From the sequence record SRR31156797_5131: a DNA stretch of 38,712 nt; one strand, 5' to 3'. Positions within the stretch are counted from its first letter, which is position 1. Every line of letters starts with the position of its first letter. The notes below the pieces were generated by a model. The model saw only the letters and a list, made by a program, of their open reading frames with translations, was not told the DNA's origin and searched no databases. A program made the position numbers and the translations under genes. Below, one piece after another: positions 1 through 7,669 of the stretch.

Positions 1-115
1 CGCACGAATCCTTTCGTGTGGTTTTTATAACTAAAGGAACGCGATAGAATGGCACACCAATGCTTGGTTATTTCTTCTTTGCAGAGCACGAGCTAAAAGC
101 TCGCGCTAGTGGGGG
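1..115. repeat. GC-rich double-hairpin element at the 3' end of the AIPR gene (truncated by the window edge)
   Basis: Hairpin 1-20 (CGCACGAA-tcct-TTCGTGTG) and hairpin 85-107 (AGCACGAGCT-aaa-AGCTCGCGCT) share a GCACGA motif. They are followed by AGTGGGGG; the AIPR stop codon (106-108) lies inside the element. Confidence 0.6.
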
Positions 116-1845
116 CTTTTACTTTTTAAGTATTTGTTTACCAATCTTTGTTCAATTGCATCCGTAGTATTTTTTCTTTCAACAGTCTTTCTATCCTTAA
201 AATTCAACCCCAATTCTTCACTTTTTAAAAATGCAATAGACTCCTTAAATTTCTCAATCGCCAATTCCTCATTCTTCAACACCTCAATTATTCGACTACA
301 AAACACATCAACTTTTTTCTTGTCTTTTAAACATGGAACTGATTGTGGCGAGACAATAAATCTAAATATCATTAACAATTGATATCTAAACCTACGTGAG
401 GTTTTATCTAAATGATTTTGGTTATAAAACTGTTCAAGCTTGTAGTACGTCAATGCACTTGTATAATATGGTAAGTAATCATGGGACACATTAAAAATAT
501 CCTCTCCCATATCTTTTATCAATTTTCCATAATAACCTGCGACCAAATGTGGTTTATTTAGAAGCATCGAAGAAAAGACCTTAATCTGATTTTCCCTATT
601 TATTATTCTATTCATAGGGATATCAGAGTTCTTAAACTGATTCGTCCTTCGCTCATAAAACAATTTGAGATCATCTTCAGGTAGTGCATTATAATAATAT
701 TCAAGGTTTCGTTGAAATTCAGTTAAGGCTTCAAGTTCAACCGCATCTACAGCAGTTTGATTATTTGTAGCCCTTGTAATTTGGCTTTTAATATCATTTT
801 TGTTGGTAACGATAATCTTAATCGGCACATACATATCATCAATCCCCTCAACACTTCTATTTTCATATAAAACATTACTAGTCTGACAACCATTCACAAT
901 TTGATAATTGGTTATTGTAATATTATCTCCTGCACCTGATATTTCGTCAGCAACTATAGTAACTCCATTGTTTAAAATACAGAAAGAATCTAGATCTCCT
1001 GTTTTCAATGTTCCTGCAATATCTGTATTAACAGGATTATTCTCTTGCTCTAGATAATCTCGAATATTATCGTTGAATACAGATTTCATTTTACCTGTTT
1101 CATCAATGATTATTTTACGAAATTCAGAAAACGGTATCATTCCAGAATAGGCGACTTTAATGTTTGAAATTGTTGGAATTGTAACCTTCTTTTCGAACTT
1201 GATAGACGCCTCAACAGGTTCTTTTGTTTTTCTATATAAACTTTGCAGTTTCTTTGAATCACATGGAAAGAAATTGATATCTTCAAATAAACTTAAATCA
1301 TCAAGTTCTCGTTTATTACTGCTCACAACTTGAATCAAATTTGGGTCTTCCGTCCATTTGCCTGTTGAACAAAAATAGAGATTACAAATAGGATTTCTTT
1401 CTTTCATAAATTTAGAGTTCCTATATATAAACTCTTTCATTTCTATGAAATTTTTCATTTCATTGGTTAGAAACAAATCAGGAGCATCATTAAAAAATGA
1501 TTTTGTCCACCTAAAGAAATTATCAATCAGGGTGCCATCAAATTTAGAAGATGTTTTGGATTGAATTAAAATAAAAGTTACAGTTAATGTTCTGTTTAAA
1601 TTAATAAGTTCTTGAATTTCATTGCTCGAATTGCAAAGTTTATTATTTACAATTATTCCAATCCCATCAATACCCTGAGTGCTTTTTCCTGTTGAAATTT
1701 CTTTTTCATCAAATGAAACAGAGTCATACTCTTTATTTACAACGCAAAAATTTGTGAACATTTCAAATTGCTCACTTGGAATCAGAGAGTTGTAACCTTT
1801 GCTTTCAATAAATTCATTCAAGAAACTCTTAGTTATTGCATCCAT
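106..1845 (-). CDS. AIPR family protein (abortive infection phage resistance)
   Basis: 579 aa ORF with AIPR motifs FNDNIRDYL, FCILNNGVTIVA, YQIVNGCQTS, ITRATNNQTAV, YERR. Confidence 0.9.
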   Translation of the reverse strand: MDAITKSFLNEFIESKGYNSLIPSEQFEMFTNFCVVNKEYDSVSFDEKEISTGKSTQGIDGIGIIVNNKLCNSSNEIQELINLNRTLTVTFILIQSKTSSKFDGTLIDNFFRWTKSFFNDAPDLFLTNEMKNFIEMKEFIYRNSKFMKERNPICNLYFCSTGKWTEDPNLIQVVSSNKRELDDLSLFEDINFFPCDSKKLQSLYRKTKEPVEASIKFEKKVTIPTISNIKVAYSGMIPFSEFRKIIIDETGKMKSVFNDNIRDYLEQENNPVNTDIAGTLKTGDLDSFCILNNGVTIVADEISGAGDNITITNYQIVNGCQTSNVLYENRSVEGIDDMYVPIKIIVTNKNDIKSQITRATNNQTAVDAVELEALTEFQRNLEYYYNALPEDDLKLFYERRTNQFKNSDIPMNRIINRENQIKVFSSMLLNKPHLVAGYYGKLIKDMGEDIFNVSHDYLPYYTSALTYYKLEQFYNQNHLDKTSRRFRYQLLMIFRFIVSPQSVPCLKDKKKVDVFCSRIIEVLKNEELAIEKFKESIAFLKSEELGLNFKDRKTVERKNTTDAIEQRLVNKYLKSKSPH

Positions 1846-1886
1846 AATTTACTCTATATATTTAATTTATTGCACTGTATGATAAT

Positions 1887-2024
1887 TGCATGTAGCGTTT
1901 CGCGGGTATGGCGTCGTGCCGCCGAATCCGCAGGTTTGTTGTTTAGTGTTCAATCGTTAAATTCTCACTTCCGTATCCAGCCGAGCCGAACCGCGGCATG
2001 CGCTATGACCCGCTGTTAGGTGTA
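1887..2024 (-). repeat. attC-like recombination site (138 bp imperfect inverted repeat) between two co-oriented genes
   Basis: The minus strand begins TACACCTAAC (RYYYAAC) and ends GCTACATGCA (degenerate GTTRRRY). Arms 1902-1922 and 1993-2013 form a 20-bp stem on the + strand with two G-T wobbles and bulged G2007 and T1914. It is a GC-rich island in AT-rich DNA. Confidence 0.8.
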
Positions 2025-2905
2025 GTATTGATTATTTCTTGAAGCATTTTTAAATATTCAGCATGAAAATTATCACGGTTTTCCATAGAAAATGTTAAAT
2101 TTTTTTTCCTAACATATGCTAATTCCCATACATCTGAAGTGACTGAATTTTTAAAGGAATTATAGTTTTTAATTAAATCAGATGTGCTATAATTTAATGG
2201 ATCAATTATAGTTGCATCTTTTAGCAACTTTTTAGATTTTACTTTGTCGCCTTTAATAAATTCAATAATTGAAAGATAATAGTATAAATCAGATTTTTCT
2301 AGAAGGTAGACCGAGTATTTCTTAGCAAGAGTAAGATTTTCTTCAGCTTTTATTAAAGATGAATCTACCTGTTGTTCAAATTTTAAAAAACAAAATGCAA
2401 GGTTTATGTTGAGTGTTGGGTCCTTATGTTGATTTAATACATAATTCTGGAAGTCAATGTCATCTTGAAGCTTTTTCCAATGAAAACTACCATTTTGTGT
2501 GTTCTTTGAGTCAGAAACTTCAATAGATGATAAAATCCATAACAAATTTGAAAAATAGTATTCTTTTAACCCGTCATTGATAGTGAATTTCCCAGATTTT
2601 ATATCTTGCCATGACGTGGATATCATACTTAAAGACTTTTCCCAAACTCCATTTTCTGCTAGCCTAACAGCAATGTTTAAATTATCTAATACTTGCATTC
2701 TTTTTGCGACTCTATTGTCAACAACTTCATTTAGGATAATTGAAAGAGATAAAAGTCCAGGAATTGATGTAATACCAATGAATAAAACAATTCTTTTTAA
2801 CCATTTTTTCCATTTATTTATTTCATTAATGATCTCTTTATTCTCATTTAGTTTTGAATCAACTTGCTCCTCAATTAATTGTCTCAAATCTTCAGTTATT
2901 TCCAT
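2003..2905 (-). CDS. Hypothetical membrane-anchored helical (TPR-like) protein, gene-cassette cargo
   Basis: 300 aa ORF with a short coiled N-terminus, one hydrophobic segment (IVLFIGITSIPGLLSLSIIL) and TPR-like helices (NLAFCFLK..AEENL..A; LYYYLSIIEFIKGD..SKKLL..A...DP). The stop codon is inside the attC-like site. Confidence 0.75.
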   Translation of the reverse strand: MEITEDLRQLIEEQVDSKLNENKEIINEINKWKKWLKRIVLFIGITSIPGLLSLSIILNEVVDNRVAKRMQVLDNLNIAVRLAENGVWEKSLSMISTSWQDIKSGKFTINDGLKEYYFSNLLWILSSIEVSDSKNTQNGSFHWKKLQDDIDFQNYVLNQHKDPTLNINLAFCFLKFEQQVDSSLIKAEENLTLAKKYSVYLLEKSDLYYYLSIIEFIKGDKVKSKKLLKDATIIDPLNYSTSDLIKNYNSFKNSVTSDVWELAYVRKKNLTFSMENRDNFHAEYLKMLQEIINTTPNSGS

Positions 2906-2919
2906 TTTTGTTTTTTTAT

Positions 2920-2960
2920 TACACCTAACTAGTTAACATGCGCACAACAAGTGCATATAT
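2920..2960 (-). other. Cassette-start core site / candidate attI-like site
   Basis: Minus strand GTTAGGTGTA (2929-2920) lies just upstream of the ATG at 2905. It is the exact complement of TACACCTAAC (minus 2024-2015) at the far end of the same gene. No attC-type stem lies beyond it. Confidence 0.65.
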
Positions 2961-2977
2961 TTATAATAGTTGGGTTT

Positions 2978-3024
2978 TAAAAGTGCACAATACTGACTTA
3001 TAAGGTATGTATTGTGCACTTTTA
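2978..3024. repeat. Perfect 16-bp inverted repeat with 15-nt spacer next to the attI-like site
   Basis: TAAAAGTGCACAATAC (2978-2993) / GTATTGTGCACTTTTA (3009-3024). Confidence 0.85.
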
Positions 3025-3038
3025 TATTTACCAGTCTC

Positions 3039-3069
3039 CGAAAATACAAATCTTTCTTCGCTAATTCAA
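3039..3069 (-). promoter_or_regulatory. Candidate Bacteroidota sigma70 promoter directed into the cassette array
   Basis: Minus strand TTG (3069-3067), 20 nt, then TATTTTCG (3046-3039), one mismatch from the TAnnTTTG -7 box. Confidence 0.4.
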
Positions 3070-3608
3070 GGAATCATAAAAAAGCTTTAAGCATTACTTT
3101 TTTGTGATTGAATAATGTGCTTGTGATTTATTTCTTTTTGACATGAATGATGAGGTGTTCTATTGCTTTATTGGGCTTGATGTGTATTGCATTTATTGAG
3201 GGTTGTTGGTGCGTATGAATTTAACAAAGCAGTATGAATTTGGAGTGGCTTACAATGTAGTTATTGGTTCTTTTGGCAAGTGTATGTTGTTCTTTTTGCT
3301 TTGTAAGTAATCTGTAAAACAGAGTTTAAGCTTTAGGTGTGGTAATTTTAAAAAAAAGACTAAAAATCAAAATAAATTAACATAGCGAAATGGCTAGTGT
3401 TTTGGTAGGTTTGAGATGTATTTAACTAATAATGAGAGAGTGCAGGCTTGCAAATTGTTGCTAAAAAAGTTTTTTTATTTAATTATAATTTTATAGCTTA
3501 GTTAGTGTTATAGTAAAAATGAGTGTCGACCGACATCGCTTATTTAAATTTATTTTTTTGAGAAAGATTTGTGGAGAGAGATAATATTAATCTTTTAAAT
3601 TTATTATT

Positions 3609-3680
3609 ATGTCTGATCAACAAAATTTACAGGATCACCTGGAAGAAATTAAAGCAGTACCCGAAGAAAATGTGAATTAA
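3609..3680 (+). pseudogene. 23-codon ORF, probably the truncated 5' end of a gene
   Basis: MSDQQNLQDHLEEIKAVPEENVN*, preceded by a typical AT-rich Bacteroidota leader (TTTTAAATTTATTATT-ATG). Protein-like codons end abruptly. Confidence 0.4.
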
Positions 3681-4095
3681 TTCCCCTTTATATTTATTAA
3701 TCATTGTAGTTTAGTTGTGGAGGGCAGAAGTGTCCTCCATATTTTGTATCCGTACATTTGCTTGATCTATTTGTATGCCGGGGCAGGATTTCCGTTACAG
3801 AAAAATCCTTATTTAAACACGGAGGAGGATCTTCCGTAACATCAATTTGACTCTATTGGGGGTGTATTCATGTTATTTATTTGTTTTTTGATTTTCCTGC
3901 CTTAAGTTTGTTGTGAATTGTTCTGCCTGTTTTCTTTGTAGGCAAAGGAGATTAAGCAGTATATTTATCCAAGGAATTGTGCAACAAGTGTTGCGTTTGT
4001 CATAGCGGTTGAGGGCATGATAGTGCAAGCTCAGCTGGATCAGAGCATGAGTGAGTAGTAAACTTATTTTTATATAGCTGAATTCAACTAAGATA

Positions 4096-4965
4096 ATGGA
4101 CGATAATATAGAAAATATATATCACCAGGCTGTAGCGTTACAGTCCTTGCCTTTCGAGATCATTACTTTCGAACAGCTATACGAACGTCATCAGCAAAAT
4201 TTTAACCTCTTGTTTGATTGTCACCGCATTCAGTTTAATGCCTTGTTCATTATTACATCAGGAAAAAGTGTGCACAGTATCGATTGCCAAAAGTTCAACA
4301 TGCAGGCAGGTACAATTATTCCTATGGTAAAGGGTCAGGTGCATCATTTCGAAAAGGAGCTGAATGTAGAGGGAGTTATCATCACATTTCCCGATGAATT
4401 TATTGCCGATAACATTTCGGAGGGGGACCTGATTCATTTTCTACATCTTTACCATTCGCCAATACTGCAGGTAGATAAAAATAACCTGACACTTTTAAAA
4501 CCTTTTGTAGATTTGCTGTTCAGCGAGCAGGAATCGGAAAGTACCTACCTGAAGAGTGATTTGATAAGATCCACATTTCTATCCTTAATCATACAGATAA
4601 AACGCTTAATTCCACATCAAAACATTGCGACTAACAGTGATCGTTTTGTTGATTTTGTAAGATTTAAGAGACTCATAAAGGGGCTATTTACAAAAACTCA
4701 TAACGCCAAAGAATATGCTGCCGAATTAGGTGTTAGCTACAAGTACCTTAATTCTATTAGCAAAGAAAATGGCAATAAAACAGCCAAAGCCTTTATCGAT
4801 AGCTGGTTGGTTTTAGAAATCAAGAGGAATATTGCCGAGAAAAAAACGTCGGTAAAGGAAATTGCTTACAATACCGGATTCGAAGAACCTACCAATATGA
4901 TCCGCTTTTTTAAGAAACATACCGGATTTACCCCAAAAGAATATGCCGAAGAGCTAAATAAATAG
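4096..4965 (+). CDS. AraC family transcriptional regulator
   Basis: N-terminal cupin-like domain (HRIQF..GQVHHF) and C-terminal double HTH (YAAELGVSYKYLN; VKEIAYNTGFEEPTNMIRFFKKHTGFTPKEY). Confidence 0.95.
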   Translation: MDDNIENIYHQAVALQSLPFEIITFEQLYERHQQNFNLLFDCHRIQFNALFIITSGKSVHSIDCQKFNMQAGTIIPMVKGQVHHFEKELNVEGVIITFPDEFIADNISEGDLIHFLHLYHSPILQVDKNNLTLLKPFVDLLFSEQESESTYLKSDLIRSTFLSLIIQIKRLIPHQNIATNSDRFVDFVRFKRLIKGLFTKTHNAKEYAAELGVSYKYLNSISKENGNKTAKAFIDSWLVLEIKRNIAEKKTSVKEIAYNTGFEEPTNMIRFFKKHTGFTPKEYAEELNK

Positions 4966-4971
4966 CTCAGG

Positions 4972-5036
4972 GATCAGATTGATTATTCTTAAGATCAGAT
5001 TGCTTATATCCGCACCAGAGGTCTGATATATCTTTG
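4972..5036 (+). promoter_or_regulatory. Tandem direct-repeat operator (21-bp period) plus -7 promoter box of the redox operon
   Basis: GATCAGATTGATTAT (4972-4986) and GATCAGATTGCTTAT (4993-5007), then TATCTTTG (5029-5036) matching TAnnTTTG. Confidence 0.7.
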
Positions 5037-5052
5037 TACCATAATCTTACAG

Positions 5053-5427
5053 ATGAGAATTATGGATAAAGGCATATCGTTTTATAAAAATTATCACATC
5101 AAGAGGGAGTATATTGATACCTGGCAAAAGGCAGTGAACAAGCTGCTTGAAAAAATGTCGGGCGAAAAAGATTTTATATGCGCCTATCTTAACAAGGATG
5201 CCAACGATTCTACTCATTTCACTCTATTTGAGCGTTGGCACGAACCTTCTATTGAATCCTTCATAGAAAATCAGCTAAAAAAGAAAAGGTACCGAATCGA
5301 CTACGAGAGAAATCTTGCCAAATGGTCGAAATGTCCTTGTTCACTCTCTAGTCTGCATCCCGTTGAGGAATGGCATAAGAATGATGAAAAGAATTTACAA
5401 ATCAAATCACCGTGTAAAGATGATTAA
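5053..5427 (+). CDS. Antibiotic biosynthesis monooxygenase (ABM)/quinol monooxygenase-like protein
   Basis: 124 aa with the pattern MSGEKDFI.AYLNKD.ND..HFTLFERW; paralogous to both domains of the next gene. Confidence 0.75.
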   Translation: MRIMDKGISFYKNYHIKREYIDTWQKAVNKLLEKMSGEKDFICAYLNKDANDSTHFTLFERWHEPSIESFIENQLKKKRYRIDYERNLAKWSKCPCSLSSLHPVEEWHKNDEKNLQIKSPCKDD

Positions 5428-6196
5428 AAAATGGATGCTTAAAGGTGCAATTGTGGCAATCTGTGTATTTGCAAGTGTGCACTCCAGTAAAGCAAATAAG
5501 AACAACATGAAAACTATGAATAGTAAAGAAACAACATTAGCAAATCAGGATGACCTGGTTTTTTACGTGAAATTTCATCTACATCCCGAGTATGTGGAGG
5601 ATTTTAAGAGCAGTCTTCTGGAATTGGCAGAGGCGATGTCGAAGGAAGAGTCATTTGTGAGCACTTTCCTGCACAGCGATCCCAATGATAATACAAAGTA
5701 CACCATCTACGAGCGCTGGAAAGAACCCAGTATGAATGCTTTTATTAAGAATCAGTTAGAAGGAAAAAGCTATCGTGATGATTACGAGTCACACATCGAA
5801 AAATGGAGCGCTACCAGTCGCGAGATATCAGTCTTAAAGCCTCTGAACCAATGGGTGAGTTCATCAAACGAGCCTTCGAACGAAGATCTGGCCTTTTATG
5901 TGAATTTTCATATCAAACCTGATAAAGTTGAGGAATGGAAAGAGGGTGCACTTCATGTTTTAAACAGCATGTCGGTTGAGGAAACTTTTGTAGGAGCATT
6001 CCTGCATCAGGATGCTGAAGATATAGGCAAATTTACATTATATGAAAGATGGGCAGAACCGAATATGGATGCCTTTGTGAAAAATCAGCTTAATGCTAAA
6101 GAGTACCGAAAAGTATATGAGGAGCAATTGCCAGCCTTGGTGGCAAGTCCAAGAACCTTTTCGGTATTGAAACCTGTTCGAACCTGGATAAAATAA
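5420..6196 (+). CDS. Tandem two-domain ABM/quinol monooxygenase-like protein with possible signal peptide
   Basis: Start moved to ATG 5420 (MIKKWMLKGAIVAICVFASVHSSKA), overlapping the upstream stop. Two repeats DL.FYV.FH..P..VE...MS.EE.FV..FLH.D....K.T.YERW.EP.M.AF.KNQL. Confidence 0.8.
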   Translation: MIKKWMLKGAIVAICVFASVHSSKANKNNMKTMNSKETTLANQDDLVFYVKFHLHPEYVEDFKSSLLELAEAMSKEESFVSTFLHSDPNDNTKYTIYERWKEPSMNAFIKNQLEGKSYRDDYESHIEKWSATSREISVLKPLNQWVSSSNEPSNEDLAFYVNFHIKPDKVEEWKEGALHVLNSMSVEETFVGAFLHQDAEDIGKFTLYERWAEPNMDAFVKNQLNAKEYRKVYEEQLPALVASPRTFSVLKPVRTWIK

Positions 6197-6251
6197 TAAT
6201 TGAATTTAGGTTATTAAATAAACTACTAGAAACATATTAATATACAAAAAC

Positions 6252-7010
6252 ATGAAAAAATTAGAAGGAAAAGTTGCTGCCATAACTGGTGGAACAAGCG
6301 GAATAGGACTGGCTTCGGCCAAATTGTTTGCCGAGCAGGGTGCAAAAGTTGCTCTTTTGGCACGATCACAGGAAAAATTGGATGCAGCAATATCTGAAGT
6401 AGGTCATGGTGCAATTGGATTTATTGGTGATGTAATTGATTTACCAAGTTTAAAAGATTTTTTTAAAGGTGTTGAATCTGAACTTGGAAAAATTGATGTT
6501 CTTTTTGCAAATGCCGGTGTCACAGGTTTTAAAATGATGGAAGATGTGGATGAGGAAAACTTCGATCATACTGTAAATGTAAATTTTAAAGGTGCTTATT
6601 TCACAGTTAAATATGCAAGCACCCACCTTAATGAAGGTTCGTCTATTGTGTTAACGGCTTCCTGTCTTGATGAAATGGGAGCTGCAGGATTATCTGTTTA
6701 TAGCGCAACAAAAGCAGCGGTTCGTTCATTGGCAAGAACATTCACTCATGAACTTAAAAAATACGGAGCTCGAATAAATGTTTTAAGTCCAGGACCTGTT
6801 GCTACCGATATTGAACGAAAAGCAGGATTTTCTGATGAAGATGTAAAAAATCAACATGAGTACGTTAGCAAGGCGCTTCCGGTAGGAAGAATGGGTGAGG
6901 TCAAAGAAATGGCAAGTGTAGCTTTATTCCTTGCTTCTGACGACTCATCCTTCATGTATGGTTCAGAAATACAGGCTGATGGAGGTATGAATCAAACTAG
7001 GTGGCAATAA
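6252..7010 (+). CDS. SDR family NAD(P)-dependent oxidoreductase
   Basis: TGGTSGIG, NAG, YSATK, RINVLSPG. Confidence 0.95.
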   Translation: MKKLEGKVAAITGGTSGIGLASAKLFAEQGAKVALLARSQEKLDAAISEVGHGAIGFIGDVIDLPSLKDFFKGVESELGKIDVLFANAGVTGFKMMEDVDEENFDHTVNVNFKGAYFTVKYASTHLNEGSSIVLTASCLDEMGAAGLSVYSATKAAVRSLARTFTHELKKYGARINVLSPGPVATDIERKAGFSDEDVKNQHEYVSKALPVGRMGEVKEMASVALFLASDDSSFMYGSEIQADGGMNQTRWQ

Positions 7011-7031
7011 TCGGTAACTCAATTATAGATC

Positions 7032-7667
7032 ATGAATAAAATAATTAGAATTTCAATTTTGTTAATGGTAGCACTTTTTAGCTTGCTACCAGTGCATGCA
7101 AATTCAAAAACAAAAATGGATACCGAAAAATTACAACAAGTTTGGGACAGACAGGAGATTGAACAGTTACTGTTCCGTCTTACCCGATCGTTTGACAGAA
7201 GAGATGCTGACCTGATGAAATCGTGTTATTGGCCAGAAGCTGTTGAAGAGTTGGAAGATATTATAACGGGGGAGTTTCAATATAATGGTAATGCATGGGA
7301 ATTTGTCCCAATGGCTATGCAAGGTTTTTCTTTTTTCAATAAAACATTCCACCGCTTATCAAACATTCTTATTGAATTAGATGGAGATAGAGCTACAGCT
7401 ACAGCAGAGACTTATATAGTTGCATACCATCAATTTACTGATGAAGATGGCAATGAGAAAGAACAATTTGTTGGAGCTCGCCAGCTGTATAAGTTCGAGA
7501 AAAGAAATGGTGAATGGAAAATTATGCATCGTTTATCAATATGGGAGTACAACCAAAATTTAAATTCAACAGCAGTGTGGATTGATTTAAGTAAGGTAAA
7601 TGGAAGATATATCTCTAAAAGAGATAAGACAGATGTGAGTTACCAGTTTATTAAGAATAAAAAATAA
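7032..7667 (+). CDS. SnoaL-like/NTF2 family protein with signal peptide
   Basis: DRQEIEQLL....RSFDRRD....CYWPEA, HRLSNILIELDGD.A, FEKRNGEWKI.HR; N-terminal signal ending VHA. Confidence 0.85.
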   Translation: MNKIIRISILLMVALFSLLPVHANSKTKMDTEKLQQVWDRQEIEQLLFRLTRSFDRRDADLMKSCYWPEAVEELEDIITGEFQYNGNAWEFVPMAMQGFSFFNKTFHRLSNILIELDGDRATATAETYIVAYHQFTDEDGNEKEQFVGARQLYKFEKRNGEWKIMHRLSIWEYNQNLNSTAVWIDLSKVNGRYISKRDKTDVSYQFIKNKK

Positions 7668-7669
7668 GA

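Noticed and set aside
1768-2019. 83-aa + strand ORF
   Set aside because: It runs antisense across the AIPR start and through the GC-rich attC-like hairpin; best explained as a by-product of the site.
2940-4095. Integrase expected next to the attI-like site
   Set aside because: No ORF of 60 aa or more and no tyrosine-recombinase motifs recognised; highly decayed remnants cannot be excluded without a search.
5315-5419. Longest-ORF starts given in the track (also 8834, 9459, 16858, 20570, 24039)
   Set aside because: The extensions overlap neighbouring genes or lack family similarity; downstream ATGs give correct N-termini and operon spacing.
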